Shown one piece after another: positions 19,784 through 29,755 of a stretch of DNA of 62,663 nucleotides. Each line of letters starts with the position of its first letter. Positions within the stretch are counted from its first letter, which is position 1. Source of the stretch: a bacterium (lineage in GTDB: Bacteria; UBP14; UBA6098); the NCBI GenBank assembly GCA_023145965.1, contig JAGLDC010000037.1, forward strand, positions 1 through 62,663. The letters run 5' to 3'. Below the pieces are notes generated by a model. That model saw nothing but the letters and a program-made list of their open reading frames with translations. It was not told where the DNA came from and searched no databases. A program made the position numbers and the translations under genes.

Positions 19784-21537
19784 AAAAGCAACAAATATAT
19801 ATAATCATTTTAGCGCTTATGTTGGTTTTCTCTGCGGTGGTTCTGGCTACTCAAAGTGGAAGCAACATTATTAAAGATGTTAAGCTTATTGGCAAGGTGA
19901 TAAACAAGACTTATGAAAACTATGTGGATCCTATTGATACACACAAGTTCATTTTAGGAGGCGTCAAAGGCCTACTCGATGGTCTCGATTATCACACTGT
20001 TTATTTTAAACCCGAGGATTATGAGAATCTCAAGACTAGCACAAAGGGTGAGTTCGGTGGCTTGGGAATTATTATCGGCATGCGGGATAATATCCTAACG
20101 GTCATTTCCCCTATGGAGGGCACCCCGGCATATCGTATGGGCCTGGCTGCGGGCGATAAGATAGTCTCTATCGATGGTGATCCAACAAAGGGTATGACTA
20201 CTCAGGATGCTGTCGATGTGCTTCGTGGCGAACCCGGGTCAGAAGTTACCCTTACTATTGTCCGACCTGGTGAACCTGAGCCGCTAGATTATGTTATCGT
20301 TAGGGCTATAATACACATAGATGCTGTCCCATTTGCAGGAATGATCGAAGACGAGGTTGGTTATATTCGTCTTGCTCGTTTCTCCGAGGATGCTGGTTTC
20401 GAGGTGAAGAAAGCTGTTGATTCACTCAAGACCCTAGGTATGAAGGACCTGGTTTTTGACTTAAGATCGAATTCGGGTGGACTTCTCAATCAGGCTATCG
20501 AAGTCGCAAGTGTTTTTCTGGAACCTGGGGAGCTTGTCGTTTATACACAGGGCAAGGATGAACATTCTAGAAGAGATTTCCATTCGATGTGGGGTTCCGA
20601 ATTCAACGAGGGGAAACTTATCGTTCTTCAAAATCAAGGCTCAGCTTCGGCTAGCGAGATAGTTGCCGGTGCTATTCAAGACCACGATAGAGGTATTATT
20701 CTCGGAGCGCGCTCTTTCGGTAAAGGCCTCGTTCAAAGCGTAATCCAACTTTCAGGGGATGGTGACGCTCTTAAAATTACCACCGCCAAGTATTATATCC
20801 CCTCCGGAAGATGTATTCAAAAAGAGGATTATCTTGACAGACCCGAATCTGTGATTTTACAACCAAATAGCTCGGGGGATGAGGATTCTGAGACCGAAAC
20901 CGAAGAAAAAATCGAAGACAGATGGTGGGAACAGGATATTGTTTCTGATGAAGCAGGGGTCGGTTCAGATAGTATCCCTGAAGATGCACCAATTTATTAT
21001 ACAAACAGCGGGAGAAAGATGTATGGTGGGGGTGGTATCACTCCAGATGTTTTCTTTGAGGCCGAAAAAATAACCCGATTCGAGATTGAATTAGAAAGAA
21101 AAAGCATGTTTTTCGATTTTGCAGTGGATTATCTCGTCGAGGGAAAAGAATTTCCGGCGGATTTCAAGGTCGAGGATTTATTGTTCAACGATTTCACGGA
21201 TTATGTTAAGTCTAACGATTTCGATTACAAGACGCTGATCGAATTACGCCTCGAAGAGGCCGAGTCCTCTGCTATCGATCTCGGTTACAATTCTGATTTT
21301 ACCGAACAAATAGATAAGCTTCGTCAGGTTGTAGAGGAGGAGAAACAAAAGGACTTTAAACGCAATCGCGACTATATAGAACGCTCTATCCGGCGTGAGT
21401 TTGTTAGTAAGCTTTGGGGCGAGGATGCAAACTATCAGTTTGTAATATTGGAATCTGATCCTGTGATCGCAAGAGCAGTCGAGCTTATTCGCGAAGATGA
21501 TGAGTATTCAGCTCAACTGAAACCTTCAGATAAATAA
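19780..21537 (+). CDS. C-terminal processing (tail-specific) peptidase, family S41
   Basis: ATGA overlap with tmk. Signal peptide, PDZ (GGLGIIIG...GTPAYRMGLAAGDKIVSIDG), catalytic region DLRSNSGGLL...GSASASEI...SFGKG. Confidence 0.9.
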   Translation: MKKQQIYIIILALMLVFSAVVLATQSGSNIIKDVKLIGKVINKTYENYVDPIDTHKFILGGVKGLLDGLDYHTVYFKPEDYENLKTSTKGEFGGLGIIIGMRDNILTVISPMEGTPAYRMGLAAGDKIVSIDGDPTKGMTTQDAVDVLRGEPGSEVTLTIVRPGEPEPLDYVIVRAIIHIDAVPFAGMIEDEVGYIRLARFSEDAGFEVKKAVDSLKTLGMKDLVFDLRSNSGGLLNQAIEVASVFLEPGELVVYTQGKDEHSRRDFHSMWGSEFNEGKLIVLQNQGSASASEIVAGAIQDHDRGIILGARSFGKGLVQSVIQLSGDGDALKITTAKYYIPSGRCIQKEDYLDRPESVILQPNSSGDEDSETETEEKIEDRWWEQDIVSDEAGVGSDSIPEDAPIYYTNSGRKMYGGGGITPDVFFEAEKITRFEIELERKSMFFDFAVDYLVEGKEFPADFKVEDLLFNDFTDYVKSNDFDYKTLIELRLEEAESSAIDLGYNSDFTEQIDKLRQVVEEEKQKDFKRNRDYIERSIRREFVSKLWGEDANYQFVILESDPVIARAVELIREDDEYSAQLKPSDK

Positions 21538-22335
21538 TTGTTCATTGAAAGCCTTTATATCCTTCCTTTGGGATTAATTGCCGGTGTTGTCGCTGGATAC
21601 CTTGGGATTGGTGGAGGCGCGATATATTTACCATTGCTCTTTTTGGTATTTGAAGGAGAATGCGCTCCCGAAATTTTACCGAAGGTTTGCGTGGGAACAA
21701 GCATGGGCGCTGTTTTTCTAACGTCGTTATCGGCGGGAACAGCACATTTTAGAATGAAAAATGTGCTTGTTGAAAAATGGATTGCTTTATCCTCTGGCGC
21801 GCTTATTGGTTCTTTCTCGGGGGGGATGATTGCAGGAAGTTTGCCGTCCTATTATCTGAGAATTGTCATCGGCGTCGTAATGATCCTTTCTGCGATACGT
21901 TTGTTAATTCCAAGAAAGGAAACGCCCGGGAAAGAGTCCTCGGTTAGTGGGAATGTATGGTTATTTCCCTTGGGAATAATTATAGGCGGGGTGGCTTCGA
22001 CTGTAGGTATCGGTGGAGGAATACTTGCTGTTCCGATTTTGATAGGTTTCTGGAGACTCGAATCGAGATATGCCGCTGGCACCTCGTCTGCGATGACAAT
22101 GATTTTAGCTTTAGGAGGCTTGATCGGTCATATCCTATGGGGAGGTGGAGATTTCGAAGCTGGAAGAGGTTTTTTAGGTTCGGTGTCTTTAGAAAAAGCC
22201 TTGTTGTTGGGTATTCCCGGCGCGATTGGTGCGCCTGTGGGAGTAAGTTTGCATAAAAAGTTTAAATCGGGTGTATTTAAAATTATTTTTTCCGTTCTTT
22301 TGATTTTGGTTGCTATTAAAATAGTGTTTTTGTAA
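21538..22335 (+). CDS. TauE/SafE-family anion exporter
   Basis: 265 aa with about 8 TM helices and duplicated G-rich halves (GYLGIGGGAIYLPLL and VGIGGGILAVPIL). Confidence 0.75.
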   Translation: MFIESLYILPLGLIAGVVAGYLGIGGGAIYLPLLFLVFEGECAPEILPKVCVGTSMGAVFLTSLSAGTAHFRMKNVLVEKWIALSSGALIGSFSGGMIAGSLPSYYLRIVIGVVMILSAIRLLIPRKETPGKESSVSGNVWLFPLGIIIGGVASTVGIGGGILAVPILIGFWRLESRYAAGTSSAMTMILALGGLIGHILWGGGDFEAGRGFLGSVSLEKALLLGIPGAIGAPVGVSLHKKFKSGVFKIIFSVLLILVAIKIVFL

Positions 22336-22371
22336 ATTAAAGCGAAATGAAAAACATATATTGGAGGGACT

Positions 22372-23229
22372 ATGAAGAAAATCCTTATTCTGTCGTTTTT
22401 GGTTTTAGTTGGTTGTGCCTTTGCTCAGGCTGATGGAAAGGGCATCGTAGCAACAGTCAACGACGATGTTATTGTAACACTTAACGAGCTTATGGGTGAG
22501 ATAAGAACTCTACCTCAAGATCAGGTTTCTATCGCTACGACCAAGGAGGGTGTTACTCAAGTTCTCGATGGTATTATCCGAAGGAAGCTTTTAGCTGATA
22601 ATGCTCGAATGTTACAGGTAGATACCGTTCAAGTGGTTAAAGAAGCGATGAATCGCTCTGAGGACATCGTTCTTGCTGATTTTCTGGTGATGAATATTCA
22701 AGCGAATTCTCAAACTGAACCGGTTACAGAGGCCGATGCTCAGCAGGTCTATGCTCAGAATGAGTCGCTTTTCTATTCTATTCCACAGGTTGAACTAAAG
22801 CAGATCGTTGCAATATCGGAAGACGAAGCTGATAAAATTGAGGGTGAGCTAGAAAAGGGTAAAAAATTCGATGACTTGATCGAGCGATATCCGGGAAATC
22901 CCGAGGGTGCCAAATCTGGCGATATTGGATTTATTTTACAGAATCAATTATCCCCTGCGGTTGTTCAGATTGCCGATGGTCTTACTCCTGGTAAGTGGGG
23001 TGGCCCTATTAAAACAGAAAGCGGCTTACATTTTATTTACTTAATTTCGAGGAAACCATCTGAGAAATTGGCTTTCGAAGATATTAAGGAAGACCTTATT
23101 GGCAGAATAGGCGGTCTTCGCGCGCAGAATGCCGTAGATGGTTATATACAGTCGCTTATCGACGAATCTAAAGTATCTATTGATAATTCAGTGCTAAAAG
23201 AGGCTATCGTCCCGGTGCAATCGGAATAG
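22372..23229 (+). CDS. Periplasmic parvulin-type peptidyl-prolyl isomerase (SurA/PpiD-like)
   Basis: GGAGG SD, signal/lipobox LVGC, SurA_N-like helical region, and a PpiC domain (GDIGFI...GGPIKTESGLHFIYL). Confidence 0.75.
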   Translation: MKKILILSFLVLVGCAFAQADGKGIVATVNDDVIVTLNELMGEIRTLPQDQVSIATTKEGVTQVLDGIIRRKLLADNARMLQVDTVQVVKEAMNRSEDIVLADFLVMNIQANSQTEPVTEADAQQVYAQNESLFYSIPQVELKQIVAISEDEADKIEGELEKGKKFDDLIERYPGNPEGAKSGDIGFILQNQLSPAVVQIADGLTPGKWGGPIKTESGLHFIYLISRKPSEKLAFEDIKEDLIGRIGGLRAQNAVDGYIQSLIDESKVSIDNSVLKEAIVPVQSE

Positions 23230-26200
23230 TCAATCCATTCGGCATTTAGATCTATAAGGGCAGTTCAGGCAGTTTTCCTGAACTGCCTTTCCTTTGGTTT
23301 GTAGGTATTTTTGAGCAAGGTTAAAATGAAGCTCAATATCGATTTCAGGTATTGATCGAAGCTCCACCGGTTCATGCGTGAAAAGGACCGAAGTTTTAAT
23401 GCTATCTTCGCGAATTCCAAGGGAAGAAGCGGCTGCTTTGCGGTAAGCGGCGAGTTGAGGAGCATAATATTCTAGACGCTGGTCTCGCTTTTTACCAATT
23501 ACAGCATCGCTTTTGTAATCCAGGATATGCCAAACGCCCGAGTCATACCACAGTCTGTCAATAACTCCAGTTATCAAGAACTTGTTATAATGAAGAACAA
23601 CGCGTTCCTCTCGTTTATCCACCTGAGGTGTTCCAGAGAATAGCCTCTTTACATTTGTATCTTGAGATAATTTAACAAGGATTTTTGCCGAGGCGGGCGC
23701 AAAATCGAACTCATTGCACGACAATAAAGCTATATGCTCGATCTTTTCGATTCCCGGGAGTGGGCTCGGGAGTATTTCGAAAAACCGATGAATGAGATTA
23801 CCCCAATTCTTACCACGTTCCTCAGTATCCTTTCGATTGTTTTCGAACGACATTAATTGTTTTATTCGTGGGCAACTGCCAAGCTGAGCAAGTTCGGTAG
23901 CTTGAAGAAAATAAAAACCTCCCTCGATATCGAGGGTCTCATTTTTCTTTGCAGAAGAAATGCTCTCTAATGAAGTGGGGTCGAAAGCTTGGTATATCGG
24001 TTCTTTTCCCAATAATACTCTTTTTGCAATAACTGGTGCAATGCAGTCTATTCCTTTTCTGATTTTAATGGCCGTTCCACCGAAATCAACCATGGTAATA
24101 CCGGTTTGAGGCTCCGATGAAATAAGCCCTTCGATAAAAAACTTCATATAACCCGATTTCCATTTGTCGGCGGAAAGGAATAGATGATCTCGCGCTCTTG
24201 TGAAAGCAACATACAAAAGCCTTTTTCTTTCTGCATTTTCTCGAACATTTTCGAGTTTGGAAATGAGCTGCAAAATTGAACTTTTTGAATCGCCTTGTGC
24301 ATTCTGAGCTTGGAGGAGAATTCCGAGATCGTCATCGCATTTAAGGGCTTGCGATTTGTTGCTAAAGTGCTTTCCGAGGTCGGCAATCATCACAATTGGG
24401 AACTCCAATCCTTTGGATTGGTGAATAGTCATGATCTTAACAGCATCAGAATTATCATTCTCGATATTTGCTTCGCTTTCATCCGTTTGATCAAGATTAT
24501 TCAAATGGAGGGCAAGCTGTTCTATGCCATTGCCGTCGAATTTCACACAAATTTGGATAAACTTCTGAATGTTTGCAATTTTTTGCTGACCGTTAGCCAT
24601 CCCCGCGAAGGTAGCCCAAGCGCCGGTTCTCTCAAGCGTGTAAGATAAAACTTTCGATGGTTCGGTGGTTTCCGCGATTTTTTCGATTTCATTAAGTATC
24701 TCTATCGTTTGTTCGAGGAGTAAAAAATCTTCATTGCCGAGGGTAGGCGGTCGGTTTTTTAGGCATATTTCAATGCCTTCACGAATATTGCCTTCACCAG
24801 AAATGCTTGCAGCTAAAATAGCAGTGTCAGGTAAAGCGATAAGTGGGCTTCTCAAGAAACCGACAAGGGAAATAATATCCCTGCTATCTGCAAGATACTT
24901 GATTAAGCAGGCGCAACTTGCAACCTCTTGCACAGCAAAGAGGCTATTGCCGCCGATCTCGATATGCGGAATATCATAAGAAAGTAAGGCAAGCTTAATC
25001 TCCGAAAGCGTTGTTCGTTTTGGAATAAGAAGAGCGATGTCTCCCCAGCGCGCAGGGCGTTGTGTTTCGCCCTCAGAAATATTAAGAGGATCCTCGCCAT
25101 TACTTGAACCCATTACAATTGTTTTTATACGACTTACAAGCATTTCTTCTTCAGTAGCTTTCTCGTTATCTGCAAGAAGTATCTCCACTGTGCCATCGAT
25201 TGCAGTGTTATCCTGGCGCCCGAGTTTTAAGGATTGTGGTTTAGCCTCAAAATTGAACTCCATGTGCTCGTTGGATTTAAACAATATCTCACCTATCGAA
25301 TTGGCAAAATTTAAAATGGCTCTTTTTGAACGAAAATTACAGGATAACTGCGCCATGAAACCACTTTTTTCGATAATCCATTTTTTCCCGTATTCGATGT
25401 TCGCAACATCGGCACCTCGAAAGCGGTAAATGGATTGCTTTGGATCTCCAACCCAAAAAAGAGAACCCTCGATATTGTCGCCCAAATGAGCTATGATATG
25501 CCACTGAACCGGGTCGGTGTCCTGGAACTCATCGACAAGAAGAGAAGCTATACCAGCGACGAGGTCTTCGACATAATTTCCATGAACAACTACATTTTGG
25601 GCTGCCATAAGAAGGTCGTCGAAATCGTGAATTCCGAGAGAACGAAGCTTGTTTTCAACGAAGGGTTCGAAATGTTCGTATAGTTTTGCAAAAGCGACGG
25701 TCGATTCGGCGTCGAGGTTGCTAAGCTCATCAATATTATCGATAATAAACGGATAAACTTCGGACATCGTTTCACTTATATGATCGCATAAAGCCCTCGC
25801 ATGCTTCAGGTCGGATTCCGCCCATGATTTCATACTGCCTTTTCTGGACATTCCTCGCTTTTCACCATTAGCTCTTGTGAAGGCATTGATAAATGGAATA
25901 AAACCAAATGGGTTCTCTGGGTCTGGTAATGGAGCCTCGATATCTAGAAGAAAACTTGCGAGTTTATCTGTTCTATTGACTCTTTTGGCAAGCGCCATGA
26001 CCTCGGCAATTTCTCGGGCGGCGATTTTTCTGGAATGCAAAATCCACTTCGCAGCAACCTTTAAAAAACCGACCCTCCATTGTGTTAATAGGTCTTGTTG
26101 ACTCGAAGGGGTTGCCTTAATTTTATCGGATGTTTTCAGTCTATTAGAATATGCATTTGCAAGCAATGTCGGTGTATTGTTCCAACCAATCAGTCGCGAT

Positions 26201-26694
26201 AAAGTTCTAGCTATTTCAATATCAAAACTCTCTTTTTGTGTAATATGCTTGCAAAATTCTGCCGCTATAGAATCGATTGTAACATAAGAAAATCGGGCTT
26301 CTTCGGCGGATAGATCGAGTTTCGATAGAAAAGGGTATCTTCGTGCAATTTTACTGCAGAAACTATGAATTGTGCCAATATTTGCCTCAGCCATTCGTAT
26401 TGCAACCTCATGCCAAAACTCGTCACTCTCTTCAAAGGCTAGCTCTTCGCATTTTCGCGCAATCCTGGAGGCCATTTCCGCAGCAGCTTTACGGGTGTAA
26501 GTCATTGCTATTACAGACCGCAAGGCCTTTTCGGGGCTAAAGCCATTTTGTTTAGCCCTTTTAAGTAAAGCGATGAATCTTTCCGTTAAAACGAAGGTTT
26601 TACCGCTTCCCGCGCCTGCAATCATGCCCATTGGGGTGTCGATATCGACACCCTTAGATTGCTCATCGGTTAAGGTAAGCTTATCCTTTGTCAT
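23230..26694 (-). CDS. addA: AddA-like UvrD/Rep-family helicase with C-terminal PD-(D/E)XK nuclease carrying a 4-Cys staple
   Basis: Walker A GAGSGKTF, LVDEFQDT (motif II), TIHQSKGLEF, YVAFTRAR. C-terminal nuclease has ILDYKSD plus C...CxxCx5C (SCPRI...CLNCPYRSKC). I place the start at ATG 26694 (MTKDKLTLTDEQ), overlapping the addB-like stop by 14 nt. The ORF-track start at 26754 adds 20 unlikely residues. Confidence 0.85.
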   Translation of the reverse strand: MTKDKLTLTDEQSKGVDIDTPMGMIAGAGSGKTFVLTERFIALLKRAKQNGFSPEKALRSVIAMTYTRKAAAEMASRIARKCEELAFEESDEFWHEVAIRMAEANIGTIHSFCSKIARRYPFLSKLDLSAEEARFSYVTIDSIAAEFCKHITQKESFDIEIARTLSRLIGWNNTPTLLANAYSNRLKTSDKIKATPSSQQDLLTQWRVGFLKVAAKWILHSRKIAAREIAEVMALAKRVNRTDKLASFLLDIEAPLPDPENPFGFIPFINAFTRANGEKRGMSRKGSMKSWAESDLKHARALCDHISETMSEVYPFIIDNIDELSNLDAESTVAFAKLYEHFEPFVENKLRSLGIHDFDDLLMAAQNVVVHGNYVEDLVAGIASLLVDEFQDTDPVQWHIIAHLGDNIEGSLFWVGDPKQSIYRFRGADVANIEYGKKWIIEKSGFMAQLSCNFRSKRAILNFANSIGEILFKSNEHMEFNFEAKPQSLKLGRQDNTAIDGTVEILLADNEKATEEEMLVSRIKTIVMGSSNGEDPLNISEGETQRPARWGDIALLIPKRTTLSEIKLALLSYDIPHIEIGGNSLFAVQEVASCACLIKYLADSRDIISLVGFLRSPLIALPDTAILAASISGEGNIREGIEICLKNRPPTLGNEDFLLLEQTIEILNEIEKIAETTEPSKVLSYTLERTGAWATFAGMANGQQKIANIQKFIQICVKFDGNGIEQLALHLNNLDQTDESEANIENDNSDAVKIMTIHQSKGLEFPIVMIADLGKHFSNKSQALKCDDDLGILLQAQNAQGDSKSSILQLISKLENVRENAERKRLLYVAFTRARDHLFLSADKWKSGYMKFFIEGLISSEPQTGITMVDFGGTAIKIRKGIDCIAPVIAKRVLLGKEPIYQAFDPTSLESISSAKKNETLDIEGGFYFLQATELAQLGSCPRIKQLMSFENNRKDTEERGKNWGNLIHRFFEILPSPLPGIEKIEHIALLSCNEFDFAPASAKILVKLSQDTNVKRLFSGTPQVDKREERVVLHYNKFLITGVIDRLWYDSGVWHILDYKSDAVIGKKRDQRLEYYAPQLAAYRKAAASSLGIREDSIKTSVLFTHEPVELRSIPEIDIELHFNLAQKYLQTKGKAVQENCLNCPYRSKCRMD

Positions 26695-29600
26695 TTTCGC
26701 CGCCTCTGAAGGGGGGTCTGGAAATATCTTTATTACAAATATTGAAAAATTCACACCATTTGGGACATTCGCCGCCTGCGGGTTCCGGCGGGAAGTTACA
26801 ATTATCGATATCGGCGATAAGCTTCTTGGTTAAAGCGGAATATTTATCGAGCAATGCTCGCCATTCGTCCATTGGAATGCTATTTTCATTCTTATCTCCG
26901 GGGTAATCTTCTCGCTCGAATCGAGCGCTTAAAGATGGTTTTAGTTTGGAGAAACCTATCCAATAATGTGCTCCGACAACATCGCCGTATTTCTCGGCCA
27001 TCAAACAATATAGCGGTAATTGAATAGCATTCATTTCCAATATATCATTCAGTTTTGGTGAGCCGCCGGACTTGTAATCTATTATCCTCAGTCTTCCACG
27101 GCTGTCACAATCTATTCGATCAACCTTTCCATAGATAGGAATATTATTGAATTCGCCCTGGAGAGAGGTTTCGGTTGCGATTGGCACAAACTCATCGGAT
27201 ATTTTAACCAACGCTTCGATATAGCGCTTTAAGGCTAGGCATATTCTTCTTTTGAAGTCTTCGATACTAAAGTCCTGGTCTTTAATTTTTTGGTTGGATA
27301 TGGCTTCAGAAACGAAGTCTTCAATAGAGTTTAAAGAGTTTTGATAATTCTCGGATGTAATAGCTATTTTTCTGTATGCTGCTTCGAAATCTGAAACTGT
27401 TTTCTGTATGCGCCACGGGATATCGTTTCCGTCGAAATAGCCCTCGATTCTCTTTTTCCACAACAATTCGAGAGCTTTATGAAAAACGGAGCCCTCAATC
27501 TTTCTTTCAATAGGTTCTTCTGGTTCCGGTGGTGTTTCTATCCCGAGTATCTTTGAAAAAAAGTAGTTGAGAGGGCATATATTGTAGCTATTCAGCCGCG
27601 TTACACTCAGGCCGTTGCGAGGCGAAGATTTTTCGCAAGAAAAACGCCTTCCTAAAACACCATCATAAATACTCGATTCAAACTTCTTTATATAATTAAA
27701 AACCCGTAATGAGTGAATCGCTCTATCTAGGCCTTTGACACCTTCGAGTTTGTGGGTGATTGTCCCAATTTCTGCCCGAGGCCGACATAGAAGTCTGCCA
27801 GCTTCGATTTGTTGGTTTTTTAAGGAAAAAGACCTTAAAAGCAAACTCGAAGCATGGGCGGCATTTTTTTTGAGGTATTTTTCTTTATTATCACCCAGAG
27901 CCCGCATAAAAGAAACTATTATCGGAGAGGGCGGAAGTGGTCTGTCTTCCTCTGAAAGCGAGTGCGTCATTATCGTTAAGTCGGTTTTTGCAACGACCGT
28001 TAGGATATTATAAAAACGCCTCAATAGCGAATTTTCAAGATTTATTCCGAGTCCGACCGCCTCGCTTGAGGTTAGAAAAAGATAATCGCTGTCATTTTTT
28101 GGGACATCACCTTGGATGCACCCTGGGATAATCGCGATTTTTGTGTCACATCGATAGATTTCGCTGAGAGGGCGAATGTGAACACCCTGTCCGTTAATGA
28201 TTTCATCCTGCTCAGCTGGAATGAGTTTCACAAGAAGGTCACAGTGGCTTGAAAAATAGTCCTCGGGAGAATCTTTGAATCGTTCGATAAGATCTTCGAT
28301 ATTCTCAAAGGATTTGAATAGAATCGAGCTCTTAATATAAGAATCAGTTTGAAGTGCTTGCTCCATGATTCTATCGGAAATATCGAACTTTTTAAAAAAC
28401 CTCCAAAGTATGTTCGAAAAAATATTACCAGTTATCTTTTTATAATAGAGTGCCGGGAAAAGAATATCCTTAACGCTCTCAAGCAACTCCAGAGCTTTTA
28501 AAGCCGCTTCTCTCTCATTTTCCTTTATATTCTCGGATTTCAAAAGAGGTAAATCTTGTATGCCCCTGAAACCATAAGCACAAAGCAATGTATCTATTTG
28601 CTCTATGTCTGTGTTTGCCAATAAAGGATTTTTAAAAAGGGAGAGAACACTTTTTCTCGAAATGTCTGATTCTATTGTGTCTCGAATCCTAAGAACGAGT
28701 TTTGAGATCATATTTGAAACGAAGGGAAAAGCACGCGGACCGATGAAAGGTATTCCCATGTCATCGAGGTCTCTGACAGTGTGCTCTGGATTGTCAGTAA
28801 AGATGGAGATAGATTCATAAGCGATACTGTTATCCAAATGAAGCGCTTTAACAGCCGAGCTTACAAGCTCGTTTTCTTGGAGGCCGTTTTTTGCCTCGAA
28901 AACCGTTAAGCGTGGCCATTGCCCTATGATAGATTTTGGCAGATTTTCTATGTATCCGTTTCGAGCGGCTATCGCAAGAACGATGTCCCGAGCGGGTATA
29001 TCGACTTTTGTGTTTAGCAACGGTTTATGTATCACCTCGACGCCAAGTTCGGTCGCAATATCCTCCAGAAGCTTAACCGATGACATCAAAGACTTGTTTA
29101 GCTTTTTATCCTCGAAGGCGATATCGCTTGTAGGTAAATAAAAATCTACATCTGTATGACAAGCCATGGCAACCAATATTCTGGCATCCATGTGCCTAAG
29201 CTCATCAAACCAGATCGCGGATACTTTGTCTATGTGACCAAAAGAAAGTGAAGGCCCTTTTTTGCAAAGAAGATCTATTGCAGCAGATTCTCTTTCAGCC
29301 GAATCTGTGCAATCCATAGCTTTAAGCTCCTCGTTATAGCGCTGGAGAAGCTCGGCAAGTTGTTTTTGCCGTGCTCCATAGCGCCAAGACTTCTTGGCAT
29401 ATGCCTTATTAAAGCCGATATCTGTTGTGTAGCCTGCACGCCTCAGGGCGAGAAGCACCGAAGAAATATCGATAACTATACCCGCTATTCGAGCGGAGTC
29501 GCTTAGTTCGGGGTTGCTGGCAAGTATCCTTTTAACAAGGAAAACTTGATCGATAGAATCTAGTTCTTTAGGAAGATCGAGATACTTATCGAAATCGGAA

Positions 29601-29755
29601 ATAAAGGATTTCGGTGTGAAAGTCCAATTCCCAAGTTTAGCTTTACCCGGTGGAAGAAGCCTTAGAACAGCATCTCTAATGGCCGAACTGTTGGGAAAAA
29701 GGAGAATTCCACCCTTCTCTTCGAAATCGAATCGATCTCGAATTATCCTTAACAT
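26681..29755 (-). CDS. addB: AddB-like PD-(D/E)XK nuclease subunit (no Walker A)
   Basis: 1024 aa immediately upstream of, and overlapping, the addA-like gene. C-terminal nuclease has RIDCD...IIDYKSGG and cysteines ICPLNYF...CPKWCEFFNIC. No GxGKT motif seen in the N-terminal half. Confidence 0.7.
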   Translation of the reverse strand: MLRIIRDRFDFEEKGGILLFPNSSAIRDAVLRLLPPGKAKLGNWTFTPKSFISDFDKYLDLPKELDSIDQVFLVKRILASNPELSDSARIAGIVIDISSVLLALRRAGYTTDIGFNKAYAKKSWRYGARQKQLAELLQRYNEELKAMDCTDSAERESAAIDLLCKKGPSLSFGHIDKVSAIWFDELRHMDARILVAMACHTDVDFYLPTSDIAFEDKKLNKSLMSSVKLLEDIATELGVEVIHKPLLNTKVDIPARDIVLAIAARNGYIENLPKSIIGQWPRLTVFEAKNGLQENELVSSAVKALHLDNSIAYESISIFTDNPEHTVRDLDDMGIPFIGPRAFPFVSNMISKLVLRIRDTIESDISRKSVLSLFKNPLLANTDIEQIDTLLCAYGFRGIQDLPLLKSENIKENEREAALKALELLESVKDILFPALYYKKITGNIFSNILWRFFKKFDISDRIMEQALQTDSYIKSSILFKSFENIEDLIERFKDSPEDYFSSHCDLLVKLIPAEQDEIINGQGVHIRPLSEIYRCDTKIAIIPGCIQGDVPKNDSDYLFLTSSEAVGLGINLENSLLRRFYNILTVVAKTDLTIMTHSLSEEDRPLPPSPIIVSFMRALGDNKEKYLKKNAAHASSLLLRSFSLKNQQIEAGRLLCRPRAEIGTITHKLEGVKGLDRAIHSLRVFNYIKKFESSIYDGVLGRRFSCEKSSPRNGLSVTRLNSYNICPLNYFFSKILGIETPPEPEEPIERKIEGSVFHKALELLWKKRIEGYFDGNDIPWRIQKTVSDFEAAYRKIAITSENYQNSLNSIEDFVSEAISNQKIKDQDFSIEDFKRRICLALKRYIEALVKISDEFVPIATETSLQGEFNNIPIYGKVDRIDCDSRGRLRIIDYKSGGSPKLNDILEMNAIQLPLYCLMAEKYGDVVGAHYWIGFSKLKPSLSARFEREDYPGDKNENSIPMDEWRALLDKYSALTKKLIADIDNCNFPPEPAGGECPKWCEFFNICNKDISRPPFRGGENDKG

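Noticed and set aside
23227-23232. Convergent genes with essentially no spacer: PPIase/addA abut at 23229/23230, kdsA/recR are 4 nt apart at 3587/3592, and the beta-helix gene and lipoprotein gene are 7 nt apart at 48081/48089.
   Set aside because: This is real but is ordinary compact-genome organisation. It only implies that termination occurs inside the opposing gene or is factor-dependent, so it is not reported as a finding.
23230-29755. Interpreting the helicase plus nuclease pair as a phage-defence system (for example Gabija-like or a UvrD/PD-(D/E)XK defence module).
   Set aside because: Size, domain order (UvrD helicase plus C-terminal RecB-type nuclease, with a partner that has only a C-terminal nuclease) and embedding in a housekeeping operon (rsfS-argS-rho) fit AddAB/RexAB-type DSB repair better.
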